From positions 124,001 through 188,000 of the IMG/VR virus record IMGVR_UViG_3300045961_000282: DNA of 64,000 nt, one strand, 5' to 3'. The notes beneath the pieces are model-generated. The model was not told the DNA's origin. It searched no databases and was given only the letters and a program-made list of their open reading frames with translations. This document shows, one piece after another, positions 45,080 through 55,304 of the stretch; within the stretch, counting starts at the first letter, position 1; the number at the start of each line of letters is the position of its first letter. The position numbers and the translations under genes were made by a program.

Positions 45080-45361
45080 CTAAAGCCCAATGATGCCTCC
45101 TGCTCCCCGCAGTTCCACTGTCGCGACTCCGACTGCGACTCCTTGGAAGCCCATCTCATTCACCACGTCTGCAAGCGATTGGACGACTTGATACGGGTCC
45201 ACGTCATTGCCGTGGGCCACCGTCATGGTGATGGTGGTGACATACGCCTCGACGTTCGGGTCGGCAACGAACTCCCCGCCCTCGTACCCGCGCGCGACCG
45301 GCTCGTGCTCGTGCGGCTCGCCGCTGTCGTGACTGTGCTCGTGCTGCCAGTTCTTCGTCAT
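45080..45361 (-). CDS. hypothetical protein with a His-rich N-terminus
   Basis: Leaderless TAGGCT promoter. Confidence 0.55.
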   Translation of the reverse strand: MTKNWQHEHSHDSGEPHEHEPVARGYEGGEFVADPNVEAYVTTITMTVAHGNDVDPYQVVQSLADVVNEMGFQGVAVGVATVELRGAGGIIGL

Positions 45362-45370
45362 GGTCGCAGC

Positions 45371-45859
45371 CTAGAACTTCGTGCCCGGCGCCCACGCCGC
45401 CGACAGGCGCAAACAGAACTCGACGGCGGGCGACATCGGCCAGACTTCGGAGGGGGCGAACCATATGTCGGTCGCCAACGGGCTGCGAACGTGGTCGACC
45501 GGCACCTCGGGCAGCGCAGGCCCCGGCCCCTCGGGCGCGAAGGCGTGCGGGCGGCCCCACATGTCGAGCACCGCCTCGACGTTGCGCGGGTCGCCCGTCT
45601 GGAAGGTCACGCCGCTCGGCTTGGCGTAGAGCCACGCATAGCGCTCGCCCGGCACCGCGCAGGTGACGTAGTGCGTCTTGAAGCCCGGCTGGACGTTGAA
45701 CTTCAGGTCCGGCTCGTACTCGGGCAGCCAGCACAGGAAGTCCCGCACCTCACTGGGCAGGGACTCGACCCCCTCGACGCGGTTGGCCTCGAAGAACTCG
45801 ATGGCTTCCTCGGGGGTGTCGAACAGGTGGGGGGTGCGGAACAAACGTGGCTTGCTCAT
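45371..45859 (-). CDS. hypothetical protein
   Basis: AAGGA RBS; GC3 bias. Confidence 0.6.
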   Translation of the reverse strand: MSKPRLFRTPHLFDTPEEAIEFFEANRVEGVESLPSEVRDFLCWLPEYEPDLKFNVQPGFKTHYVTCAVPGERYAWLYAKPSGVTFQTGDPRNVEAVLDMWGRPHAFAPEGPGPALPEVPVDHVRSPLATDIWFAPSEVWPMSPAVEFCLRLSAAWAPGTKF

Positions 45860-45966
45860 GGGAAACATCCTTTCTGTCGATGGCAGGACCCCTTTGGTCC
45901 CGTCCGTGTGTGAAGGGTACGCGAAAGGCCCGACCCCCCATAGGGAGCCGGGCCGTGACGAGGCCG

Positions 45967-46479
45967 TCAGGCGGCTGCGTGCACGCGGCGCAGACGCGCC
46001 TCGCACACCGGGCCGATCCCCCGCGCCGCGCTCTGCGTCGCAGTCAGGGACCGCCCGCAGACCACGCAGAAGCCGTAGCCGTTGGACAGCCGCCCAGCCT
46101 CCTCGACCGTCAGGGGCGTGAGGCCCTCGGCGGCGAGGTTGCGCCCGGCACCCGGGGCGTAGACCCACCGGCCCCGGCGAGCGCCGGACTCGGTGACGTG
46201 GGCCTCCAGCCGCTTGGCGTAGGTGGCCGTGCCCGCCTTGTTGGGCACGACGACGAACACCTCCTCGCCGCGGACGTAGTAGCCCTCGGTCGCGGCCTGC
46301 GCCGGGGCGGCAGCCACGCGCGGCGCGGCCATCAGGCGGTCGATGAACCGGCTCGCGTTGCGAGCAGTCATGTCGGCACGGGCGTCGAACAGCACCTGAG
46401 CCTCGGCGTCGAGCACGCGCTCGGTGGCGAGGCGCTCAAGAAAAGCGAGTTGGCGGGGGGTGATCATCTTGACGGGCAT
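45967..46479 (-). CDS. DUF6011-like zinc-finger protein
   Basis: C-terminal CVVCGRSLT...S.ARGIGPVC; A/C leader and RBS. Confidence 0.75.
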   Translation of the reverse strand: MPVKMITPRQLAFLERLATERVLDAEAQVLFDARADMTARNASRFIDRLMAAPRVAAAPAQAATEGYYVRGEEVFVVVPNKAGTATYAKRLEAHVTESGARRGRWVYAPGAGRNLAAEGLTPLTVEEAGRLSNGYGFCVVCGRSLTATQSAARGIGPVCEARLRRVHAAA

Positions 46480-46740
46480 TGTCAGTTCCTTTCGGTTGGT
46501 GGTGGTGGTGGCTGACAGACCTAAGCATAGCACCAGAATCAGGGGGAGTTCAAATCGACAGACTCGGCGGAGCGGGGTCCCGGGCGGCCCTCGAGGTCGT
46601 CGACCGAACCATACGGACCCCCGGCGGCCCTCGAGGGCGGGCCTACGACTTTCCTCGGCGAGCACTTCGAGCCCGGCCCGCCGGTCGCGCGCACACACGA
46701 GAAGGCCCCGACCCCCGAAGGGGCCGGGGCCTCCCCCCGA

Positions 46741-47088
46741 TCAGAACGAGAAGTCGAAGAACTTGTCCCGGTAACCGATGGCCAGCGTGCCGCCGTTGCC
46801 CTCGAAGCGCCCGCTCTTGCGCAGCGCGAAACGCTCGACCGAACGGTTCGGGTTCGGCAGGAACACGTACTCCTGCGACTCCGACATGCCGTTGCGGTCC
46901 ACCCGCTGGGTGTCGTCGCGCTGGGCGAGCACGGCCTTGACCTGCCCGGCGCAGGCACCGGACTTGAACCGCTCGACCCCGACGATCGTGTACGGGAGAC
47001 GGTCGGACCACATCAGCAGCGTGGCGCCCATGCCCACCTCGGGCTCGGGGGCGCCGATGGTGCTGGCGGCGAGAATGTTGTTGATCAC
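46741..47088 (-). CDS. conserved phage hypothetical protein
   Basis: PEVGMGAT..WSDR motif; promoter and RBS. Confidence 0.7.
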   Translation of the reverse strand: MINNILAASTIGAPEPEVGMGATLLMWSDRLPYTIVGVERFKSGACAGQVKAVLAQRDDTQRVDRNGMSESQEYVFLPNPNRSVERFALRKSGRFEGNGGTLAIGYRDKFFDFSF

Positions 47089-47367
47089 TTGCTTCCTCCT
47101 TGGTGGTCGTCGTTGTGGTACAACCATACCACCGCATTAGTAGTGATGTCCAACTGGCTGGGTGATCGCAGACCCTCGCGCCTCACGTGTGCGCGCGACC
47201 GGCGGGCCGGGCTACGGACTAGCCCGCCGAGTTTGTGTCAGACCCCCGTCGCATGATGGAGGCACAACAGAACAGGGAGCACGGATTATGCGATCCGCAC
47301 TAGGTTGTGTATTGTTATCCATGTGAACAGGGACAGGCCCTGATCCGCTCAGTAGGAAGGACTCGCC

Positions 47368-47601
47368 ATGAGGCCCCGTCGCACGATCACCTTCTCCACC
47401 CACACGCCGATCCGCGTGAACGCCTTGGAGGCGTACATGCCCTTCGTCGTCGAGACCTCGCCCATCGGCCCGGCCTACGCCGTGACCATGGCGCCGACCG
47501 CGACCCTCAACGGACTCGACGATGAGGACACCCGTCGCGGGATCGTCTGCCCGCTCTGCTTCGTGGAGCAGGGACTCACGGGAGTCTGCGACTCCCACTA
47601 G
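47368..47601 (+). CDS. hypothetical protein with a C-terminal CPxC..CD motif
   Basis: RBS GAAGGA. Confidence 0.6.
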   Translation: MRPRRTITFSTHTPIRVNALEAYMPFVVETSPIGPAYAVTMAPTATLNGLDDEDTRRGIVCPLCFVEQGLTGVCDSH

Positions 47602-47685
47602 GGGGGAGGGGCCGGTTTGACAAAGGCCGGCCCCAACCCTCATACTTGAACTACTACCGAACACCACCACTAGGAGGAACCCAGA

Positions 47686-48213
47686 ATGACCGAGAACACC
47701 ACCACCACCCCCGCCGTCGCTGACGCCCTTGTCGCCGCGGCCACCGCCCCCACGACCCCCGTGGTCGTCCCCACCGCCCTGTCGCCCGAGGCGCAGGCGT
47801 ACCTCGACGCGATCAACGCGCCGGGCGTGAACGTCCTGCACGTCGCGTGGGTGTCGCCCGAGAAGAAGGTCGCTGCCGCGTTCCGTGGGCACGTCCTGAC
47901 CAAGGAGTCCACCGCGACGGTCATGACCGGCGTGGAGTACCAGAGCCTGTCGGTCAACAACGACCGCGAAACGGGGGAACTCCCGTGGGGCGAGTGGGTG
48001 CCCGAGCACTACCCGTACCTGATCCAGCACAAGGGATCGTTCTACGCCCGGCTCTACACGGTGGACGGCACGATCCGCACCACCTACAAGATCGACGGGC
48101 GGATCGTGAAGCGCGAGGACTACCTCGCCATGCTGGTGCCCAGCGCCCGCGAGCCCAAGCGCCCGAACGGCGGGTGCATCACGGTTCACGTTGAGGGCTT
48201 GACCGTTTTGTAG
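47686..48213 (+). CDS. hypothetical protein
   Basis: Hairpin promoter, RBS; GELPWGEW..YPYLI.HKG..Y.R. Confidence 0.7.
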   Translation: MTENTTTTPAVADALVAAATAPTTPVVVPTALSPEAQAYLDAINAPGVNVLHVAWVSPEKKVAAAFRGHVLTKESTATVMTGVEYQSLSVNNDRETGELPWGEWVPEHYPYLIQHKGSFYARLYTVDGTIRTTYKIDGRIVKREDYLAMLVPSAREPKRPNGGCITVHVEGLTVL

Positions 48214-48299
48214 CGGGATGGCACGGGGGGCCGATTGCCACGGCGTCGGCCCCCCGTGCTATGATTCACCCATCACCACCACCACGAAGGAGAATGACC

Positions 48300-48647
48300 A
48301 TGGGAAACACAACCACGCAAGGACTGGCCGAGGCTGTGGCCGAGGGCATCGCGTCGCGGCGACAGGCCCTGACGGCCCACGTCACGACCGGCTTCTTTCC
48401 ACCGCTTCCCCGCGAGTACGTCGCCGTGGCCGAGGCCGTGCTCGACGCGCTGGAGGACGCCGGGGTCGTTGAGGACGACGACTTGGGATGGGACGTGATC
48501 GACCCGAGCGTCTGGCAGCGCGATATCGACCTGCCCGCGCTGAACCCGATGCCGCGCGAGGCGCGCGTCTACGACGACGGCACGGGCACCGCCACGGTCG
48601 CCGCCCTGTTCCGCGCCCTGCGGCTGGAGTACCTCGTCGGCGTCTGA
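48300..48647 (+). CDS. hypothetical protein
   Basis: Hairpin promoter, A/C leader, RBS. Confidence 0.65.
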   Translation: MGNTTTQGLAEAVAEGIASRRQALTAHVTTGFFPPLPREYVAVAEAVLDALEDAGVVEDDDLGWDVIDPSVWQRDIDLPALNPMPREARVYDDGTGTATVAALFRALRLEYLVGV

Positions 48648-48701
48648 CCGGCCCAAGGAACGCCCTCACCACGGTGGGGGCGTTTCTGCATGTCTGGACC
48701 C

Positions 48702-48992
48702 ATGACGGCCACTAGCCTGCCGCCTATGGACACCCCCAACGTCGTCAAAACCGTTGTCGCCGCCGTCATGGCCGCGGGCGGCGCCTTCCTGCTGGCATGG
48801 GAGGACGGCGTGATTGAGCCGTCCGAGTGGAGCACGATCCTGCTGGCGGGCTTCTCTGTGCTCACGGGCGGCGCCGCGCTAGCCGAACGATCCCGCGCCG
48901 AGAACGCCGAGGGCGAGGTGCTGCGCCTACGGATGCGCGAGGTGGCAGACTCGCCCATGCCCGAGGACACCGAGACGAAGGAAGCCCAATGA
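48702..48992 (+). CDS. two-TM holin-like membrane protein
   Basis: Two TM helices joined by DGVIEPSEW, resembling actinophage holin-like proteins; no endolysin nearby. Confidence 0.4.
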   Translation: MTATSLPPMDTPNVVKTVVAAVMAAGGAFLLAWEDGVIEPSEWSTILLAGFSVLTGGAALAERSRAENAEGEVLRLRMREVADSPMPEDTETKEAQ

Positions 48993-49336
48993 CCGACGAC
49001 ACGACGACCACTGAGGCCCCCGAGGCCCCCGCAGGCGACTCCTTCGAGGTGTCCATGCGCGCCGGAGACGACACGCGCACCGTCGCCTTCGCGGGGCGTG
49101 CGCTGTTCCGCGACGTGCGCCTGACGTGGGTGGCCGAGGTGCGTTCCGATGGCATCGCCATCCACCCGACCTATGACGGCGAGGCCCCCGAGGGCGCCGA
49201 GGCGCTGCTCGACGGCATGGCCGACATTCTGGGCCGCACCGTGGCGCAGGCCAACGCAAGCGCCGCCAACGCCTACCGGGCCGCCATCACCGAGTCGCTG
49301 GGCGAACTCACGGTGCAGCGGGCGCTGTTCCTGTGA
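48989..49336 (+). CDS. hypothetical protein
   Basis: ATGA overlap. Confidence 0.6.
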   Translation: MTDDTTTTEAPEAPAGDSFEVSMRAGDDTRTVAFAGRALFRDVRLTWVAEVRSDGIAIHPTYDGEAPEGAEALLDGMADILGRTVAQANASAANAYRAAITESLGELTVQRALFL

Positions 49337-49632
49337 GCCGCTCCATGCTGCTTGCCATGCTGATCGGCGCGCTTCTGGCCGTCACGGTCTCCATCGTGCT
49401 GGTGCGCGTCCTCGCGTAACGCGCGCGCGACCGGCGGCCCTCGAGGGTCCCGAGGATTTGGGGATCCCTAAACTCGACGAGTTCGAGGCTTCGTATGGTT
49501 CGCGCCGAGTTGTGTCATGCCCTCGATGCACACTGGTGGAACAACAGAACAGCGGGACGGTCGATTGGACTTGCATCACCCCATCCCGTAAACTAGTTGC
49601 TACAACAACCACCACAACAGAAAGGCGCTGAC

Positions 49633-49920
49633 ATGAACGAGCCGACCATCACCGGAGTCATCTCCGAGGGCACCCTGCGCAACTCCGACCTGATCCCGGC
49701 GTTCGCCCGTGTGCTGGCCACACTGGACCCCAACCACCCGAGCGGGCCGGAGTTCGTGGTCCAGATCGAGAAGATCGCCCGCACGGCGGCGTGGGACTCC
49801 GAGGAGGCTGACTTCCTCCTCGCTGACCTGCAGGACGGAATCGCCGAGGCGATGCCCGAGGGCTGGCACTTCGGTACCCACGAGGGCGACGGGGCGTGCT
49901 TCGGGATCTTTCAGGACTGA
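49633..49920 (+). CDS. conserved phage hypothetical protein
   Basis: GTLR..DLIPAF and FGTHEGDGA.FG motifs. Confidence 0.7.
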   Translation: MNEPTITGVISEGTLRNSDLIPAFARVLATLDPNHPSGPEFVVQIEKIARTAAWDSEEADFLLADLQDGIAEAMPEGWHFGTHEGDGACFGIFQD

Positions 49921-50009
49921 TCCCCACCACAGCGGGCCGATCTGACAAGGGTCGGCCCGCTGTGGTATGCTTGATCCACAACAACCACCACTACCGAAAG
50001 GAATCACTC

Positions 50010-50270
50010 ATGCAGTTCACTGACACCTACTTCGAGGGGCGCATCGGCACCACGCTCGTCATCTTCGACTCGATCTACGAGGTCGAGTTCGACATCTCCA
50101 CGGGTGACGTGGAAGGCCTGCGCTTGCAGGGGGAGTCCGTCGACTTCGACCACGCCCTGCTCGCCATCCTGTCCGAGACGGTCGACTTCGAGCGGATCGG
50201 CGACCGGCTGATCGACGCACTGGAAGCAGCCAAGGCCGATATCGAGGCCGCGCTCAACGAGGGCGACTGA
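50010..50270 (+). CDS. acidic hypothetical protein
   Basis: Hairpin promoter, leader, RBS. Confidence 0.65.
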   Translation: MQFTDTYFEGRIGTTLVIFDSIYEVEFDISTGDVEGLRLQGESVDFDHALLAILSETVDFERIGDRLIDALEAAKADIEAALNEGD

Positions 50271-50272
50271 CC

Positions 50273-50635
50273 ATGCTCAACACTCCGAGCGACCGCGCCA
50301 TCGCGGCCAACGCGATGCTGCACTGCGCCCTGTGGTCATCCACGGACGAGGACAGTGAGCCGCTGGATGCGTCCTACGACCCGCGCGACATCGCGCCCGC
50401 CACGGTGGCGGCGCTGACGGGCGACCTGTTCGACTTCATCGACGCCGAGATTGCCGACCTGATCGACCTTGACGCCAGTCAGGTCGGCCATGACTTCTGG
50501 CTCACGCGGAACCACCACGGAGCCGGATTCTGGGACCGTGGACTGGGCGAGGTCGGCAAGCGCCTGACCACGGCCGCGCAGGCGTTCGGCGAGGTCACCC
50601 TCTACATCGGCGACGACGGCTGGATCTACGCCTGA
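50273..50635 (+). CDS. conserved phage hypothetical protein
   Basis: GHDFWLTRNHHGAGFWDR motif. Confidence 0.75.
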   Translation: MLNTPSDRAIAANAMLHCALWSSTDEDSEPLDASYDPRDIAPATVAALTGDLFDFIDAEIADLIDLDASQVGHDFWLTRNHHGAGFWDRGLGEVGKRLTTAAQAFGEVTLYIGDDGWIYA

Positions 50636-50700
50636 CTTGACGAAACTCGGGCTGACAAGGTAAGGTTGTACCAACACCACAACGACGAAAGGAAACAACA

Positions 50701-51033
50701 GTGATTCTTCCCGAGATCAACAAGAGGCGCCGCGGCCATCGGTTCTACCCGATCTGGACCGACGAGGTGCCCGCCCTACGCAGCACCGAGGGTCAGGATG
50801 ACCCGATGGTCCGCGCCCACTACTTCGTGGGCTCGTGGGACTGGTACGTCGTCGAGTGGGACCCCGAGACGGGCGAGGCGTTCGGCTTCGTCAAGGGCCT
50901 CGATGAGGAACTGGGCTACTTCTCGCTGGTCGAGATGGAGGCCACCCTCGCCCGCGGCCTGTTCCCCATCGAGCGTGACCTCTACTGGGACCCGGTGCCG
51001 CTGAGCACCATCACCCGAACGGTGCGTGCCTGA
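50701..51033 (+). CDS. DUF2958-like protein
   Basis: WDWYVVE.DP....FG.V.G...ELGYFSL.E. Confidence 0.75.
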   Translation: MILPEINKRRRGHRFYPIWTDEVPALRSTEGQDDPMVRAHYFVGSWDWYVVEWDPETGEAFGFVKGLDEELGYFSLVEMEATLARGLFPIERDLYWDPVPLSTITRTVRA

Positions 51034-51090
51034 CCCCACGCGCAAAGGCCCCCCGCATCCGACATGGGATGCGGGGGGCCTTTGCCGTGC

Positions 51091-51258
51091 CTAACCCTTG
51101 GGCAGGATGCGGGTCATCTTCGTGCCGCACGCCGGACAGGTCCCCTTGGCCAAGCGAGTGGTCCGGTTGCCCTTCACCGACAACTCGATGGCACCCGTGA
51201 ACTCCCGCTTCGCCTTGCACTTCACGCAGTAGGCCTCGCCTGTGTAGGTGTCGCTCAT
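51091..51258 (-). CDS. DUF5679-like zinc-ribbon protein
   Basis: AYCVKCKAKRE...KGTCPACGTKM.RI. Confidence 0.75.
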   Translation of the reverse strand: MSDTYTGEAYCVKCKAKREFTGAIELSVKGNRTTRLAKGTCPACGTKMTRILPKG

Positions 51259-51413
51259 CAGCATCTCCTTCGTGTGTGCGTGCACACTACACGCGCGCGC
51301 GACCGGCTCGAGCCGCCGCCGGAGCCTCACCAGACCTCGATTGGGTGGGTGTCCTAGCGGCGTGCTATGCTTTGCAGGCAACAACCACCAACACAACCTG
51401 AAAGGAGAACAAC

Positions 51414-51605
51414 ATGACTCGACTTCCCGCAGGAGGAGAAACTCCCGCAGAGCGCATCGCCGTCCTTGAGGAGTTCATGGCGCTGGAGGAGCAGATTGCT
51501 CCCGCCGCGGACCCTGCCGCTCGCATGGAGGCGCTGCTGCTACTCGATGCCATGTCCGGGGGACTACCCCGGCACCCCAATGCCGCTGGCCCCCTGAACG
51601 TCTGA
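51414..51605 (+). CDS. 63-aa hypothetical protein
   Basis: Promoter, A/C leader, RBS. Confidence 0.6.
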   Translation: MTRLPAGGETPAERIAVLEEFMALEEQIAPAADPAARMEALLLLDAMSGGLPRHPNAAGPLNV

Positions 51606-51703
51606 GAGCACGACGCAGCGGATTTGCAAGATTTCGCTGCGTCGTGCTAGTGTTATTCCATAACCACCTAGCAACACCACCACCACCTGAAAGGATCACC
51701 ACC

Positions 51704-54226
51704 ATGACCACTGCTGCTGACCGCGCCAAGGCGCTCGCCGCGAAGTACGCCGCCACCACGAGTGAGCGCCAGCATGACCAGAACTTCATCCGCGACTTCG
51801 TGGGCGTGTTCACCGACCGCGACCCCGCGGACATCTTCCGGTTCCAGTACCCCGTCGAGACCCCGCGCGGCACGACTGGCGCGATCGACGCCCTGTGGGA
51901 GAGCCACATCCTGTTCGAGATGAAGTCGGCGGGCAAGGACCTGCACGCAACCCTCAAGGATCAGGTGCGCCCCTACGTCGCCCATCTGGCCCCGGCGAAG
52001 CACCCGCAGATGTACATCATCAGCGACTTCCAGAACTTCCTCGTCGTGGACCCCGACGGCACCAAGCACGAGTTCCCACTGGCGGACCTGCACGCCCACG
52101 TGTCCCTGTTCACCCCGATCTTCGACGGCCTCCCGGCCTACCTGCGCAGCCACGGCACCGTGAACGAGCAGGCGGCATCGCTGCTGAGCGCGGTCCTCAA
52201 GGGCCTGCGGAAGAACGGCTACTCCGAGACGGACCTGCCCGCGCTGGCCACCCGGTTGCTGTTCGCCCTGTACGCCGACGACAACTACGTCTGGAAGAAC
52301 GGCACGTTCCACGGCGACGTGCTGGGCACCCCGGCTGACGGGGCCACCCTTGGCCGTGTGATCGACGGCATCTTCCGACTGCTCGACAGCCCGAACGCCG
52401 ACGCAACAGACTACTGCTACATCAACGGCAGCATGTTCGCCGGGGACATCGCGGTGCCCGTGTTCGACGCGGATACCCGTGAGGCGCTGCTGGAGGCCTG
52501 CGAGTACGACTGGCGCGGCTTGGACCCGATGATCTTCGGGACGATCTACCAGTCAGCGATGGACGCCGACGAGCGCCACGCGGAGGGCGCGCACTACACC
52601 CACGAGCAGGACATCCTCGACGTGCTGGGTCCGGCGTTCCTCGACAACCTGAAGGCGCAGTATGCCGCCGCACAGGGGAGCGCGACCAAGTTGCGCAACT
52701 TCCTCAAGCGCCTGTCGGAGATCGAGGTCCTCGACCCGTCGTGTGGATCGGGCAACTTCCTCATGGTGGCCTACCGCGAGTTGCGCGCGCTGGAGACCGC
52801 CGCGTCGCTCGACCTCGCGGCGGGCGGCGCCAAGACGATCCCGGCGCAGCGCGTGTCACTGGCGCAGTTCCACGGCATCGAGTACAACGCCCTGTCGGCA
52901 TCGGTGGCCCGCACGAGCCTGTGGCTCACGCTGCACGCCGCCGATCAGCGGCACACCGAGGCAATGGGCGAGTTGATGTGGGACACGTTCCCGCTCAAGG
53001 ACGTGGCCGACATCCGGCACGCGAACGCGGTCACGACCGACTGGAACGCCGAGTTCCCGAACCTGACGGCCATCGTCGGCAACCCGCCGTACATCAGCGC
53101 GAAGAAGGAGCGCGACGGCGGACAGAATGCCCAGCAGGTCGCGGAACGCAAGGCGCTGGGCATCAAGGGCGGGATGATGGACTACGCCCACATCTGGATG
53201 GTCAAGTCTGCGCAGTACATCGCCGAGTTCCCCGATACCCGGTCAGGTCTCGTGGTGACGGATTCCGTCGCACAGGGCACGCAGGCATCGGGCCTGTGGT
53301 CACACCCGGCCATGCAGGACGTGTACCCGATCTTCGGGCGGCAGTCCTACGTCTGGCCCGGCGATGCATCGGTGCGCGTGGTGAACTACGGCCTTGGCTC
53401 CAAGCCTGAGGCAGTCGAGTTGCGCGCCGAGGATCGCAGCATGATCCCGGCTGCCTACCTGACCCCCTACCTCACGCCGACCGACATCCCCTCGCGGGCC
53501 ACGGCCAACGTGTCGCGCACGGCCCCGGCGTGGATGGTGAACCTGAAGAACGGTACTTCGTATGCCGACTTCGGCCACTACGCCAAGTTGGGCGACGACC
53601 TCGCGGTCATCCAGCGCGACCATCCCGAGATGCTGGTGAACAAGGTGTCATCCTCGAACCTGCTGTCAGGCAAGGATGATCCGGTGCTGTGGTTCGGAAA
53701 CCGAACCTCGAAGGCTGTGGCTCACAAGGCCATCGCGCCACGGCGCGAGGCTGTGCGGATCAAGCGTGGCGCCGGGCACCCGAAGGGACCGGAGTGGGTT
53801 CCGTCGTCCGTGGTCACCGGGACGTTCATGGTGGTGCCCGCGACGTTCAGCAAGAGTTACGAGCGCACGCCCGTCGTGATCCTGTCGGGCACGAACTACA
53901 TGACCCAGAAGGTCTACTACGCCCCGGTGGATTGGTTCATGGCCGGGCTGGTCATGTCCAAGCGCGCGATGGACGCCCAGATCGCAGGCGGCAGCAAGAT
54001 GGGCAAGGGCGGCGACGTTCAGTACGGCACCGGCTACCTGTACGGGATGCCTGCCCCGACCAACGACACCCCCGAGTTGCGGGCCAAGATCGCGGCCAAG
54101 GCACAGGAGTGCATCGCCGCCCGGCCCGGCCCGGCAGCCGAGTGCATGAAGGTCACCAACATGCCCGAGTCGCTGGCGAAGTTGCACCGCGAGTTGGACG
54201 CGCTGGTCGATGAGTGGTGGGGCTGA
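51704..54226 (+). CDS. MmeI-like type IIL restriction-modification enzyme (endonuclease-m6A methyltransferase fusion)
   Basis: IDALWESHILFEMKSAGKDL (PD-ExK), YINGSMF, DPMIFG, GAHYT, LDPSCGSGNFL, GIE, IVGNPPY. Confidence 0.88.
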   Translation: MTTAADRAKALAAKYAATTSERQHDQNFIRDFVGVFTDRDPADIFRFQYPVETPRGTTGAIDALWESHILFEMKSAGKDLHATLKDQVRPYVAHLAPAKHPQMYIISDFQNFLVVDPDGTKHEFPLADLHAHVSLFTPIFDGLPAYLRSHGTVNEQAASLLSAVLKGLRKNGYSETDLPALATRLLFALYADDNYVWKNGTFHGDVLGTPADGATLGRVIDGIFRLLDSPNADATDYCYINGSMFAGDIAVPVFDADTREALLEACEYDWRGLDPMIFGTIYQSAMDADERHAEGAHYTHEQDILDVLGPAFLDNLKAQYAAAQGSATKLRNFLKRLSEIEVLDPSCGSGNFLMVAYRELRALETAASLDLAAGGAKTIPAQRVSLAQFHGIEYNALSASVARTSLWLTLHAADQRHTEAMGELMWDTFPLKDVADIRHANAVTTDWNAEFPNLTAIVGNPPYISAKKERDGGQNAQQVAERKALGIKGGMMDYAHIWMVKSAQYIAEFPDTRSGLVVTDSVAQGTQASGLWSHPAMQDVYPIFGRQSYVWPGDASVRVVNYGLGSKPEAVELRAEDRSMIPAAYLTPYLTPTDIPSRATANVSRTAPAWMVNLKNGTSYADFGHYAKLGDDLAVIQRDHPEMLVNKVSSSNLLSGKDDPVLWFGNRTSKAVAHKAIAPRREAVRIKRGAGHPKGPEWVPSSVVTGTFMVVPATFSKSYERTPVVILSGTNYMTQKVYYAPVDWFMAGLVMSKRAMDAQIAGGSKMGKGGDVQYGTGYLYGMPAPTNDTPELRAKIAAKAQECIAARPGPAAECMKVTNMPESLAKLHRELDALVDEWWG

Positions 54227-54497
54227 CCTACCCCACGCCCCCGAAACCCCCCGGTTCCCCTGTGGAGCCGGGGGGTTTTGCGTGCTCGCCTCACGCGTAC
54301 GCGCGCGCGACCGGCAACCCTCGAGCGTTGATCGAGACTCCTCGAGACTCCTCCGGGAGGCCGTATGGTTCGCCGCCGGTGTTTGTGTCAGACCCCTGCC
54401 GCACACTGCCTGCACCAAACAGGATTTGGCGCAGGCAGGAAACTGCTGCTATGCTTGACCCACAACAGCACGACCACCACTACCGAAAGGACACACC

Positions 54498-54893
54498 ATG
54501 ACCACACATGCCGTTGCCCTCCCCGATGCGACCCTCGACCGGATCGCCGACGACCGCTCGATTGCCTACCGCTGGGAGCGCCCCGACGTTGACGTGCCCG
54601 ACAAGATGGACGACCACGGCGTCCGGTACGCGGAGTTGTACGTCTACCACTCCAAGCACAGCAAGGAGTACGTCGCGATGCTGCACATCATCGACGTGTT
54701 CCCGGGGTGGATCCAGTCGCACATCTCCCCGCGCCACGGCATCACGATCCTCAAGCGCCCCGTTGCGCGTCACAGCGCCAAGGCGCTGCAGCAGCACGCC
54801 AACGAGGCCATGCAGGTGATGATCGACCACATGGACGACAGCCGCGTGGCGACCCTGTTCAGCGGCCACCCGCTGCCGGACTCCCGCGCCTGA
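54498..54893 (+). CDS. hypothetical protein
   Basis: A/C leader and RBS. Confidence 0.65.
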   Translation: MTTHAVALPDATLDRIADDRSIAYRWERPDVDVPDKMDDHGVRYAELYVYHSKHSKEYVAMLHIIDVFPGWIQSHISPRHGITILKRPVARHSAKALQQHANEAMQVMIDHMDDSRVATLFSGHPLPDSRA

Positions 54894-54977
54894 TCCCACC
54901 ACGGAGGGCCGATTCGACAAGGGTCGGCTCCCCGTGGTAAGGTTCTACCAACACCACAACGACGAAAGGACACCGAC

Positions 54978-55304
54978 ATGAGCACGACGATCATCACGTT
55001 CGGCCCCGACCAGCGCCCCGAGCCCGGCGCCTACTTCGTGATTCGCGGCTGCGACCACGAGGCCGCCCGTGCCATCGCGTTCGCCCTGTTCGGCCCCGAG
55101 TTCTGCACGTCCTACGACGGCGACTCCGAGCGCGGGGCGAACATCCTCGACAACCCCGAGCGCACCATGATCGGCGGCGTCGAGGTTCACCTGCCCCCGA
55201 CCGGCGACCTGCCCGGCGAGTCCTCGCCGCTCATCGACGCCATGCGCCGCGGCGAGGCCCTGTTCATCGACGAGGCTGTCCTGACTGACGGGGACGACCA
55301 GTGA
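54978..55304 (+). CDS. hypothetical protein
   Basis: Hairpin promoter, leader, RBS. Confidence 0.65.
   Translation: MSTTIITFGPDQRPEPGAYFVIRGCDHEAARAIAFALFGPEFCTSYDGDSERGANILDNPERTMIGGVEVHLPPTGDLPGESSPLIDAMRRGEALFIDEAVLTDGDDQ

Noticed and set aside
48702-48992. A lysis cassette
   Set aside because: The ORF is holin-like, but no endolysin is adjacent, so it is kept only as a low-confidence feature.
51704-54226. The 11-mer as the MmeI-like recognition site
   Set aside because: MmeI-family sites are 6-7 bp, and restriction would favour depletion rather than polarised enrichment.
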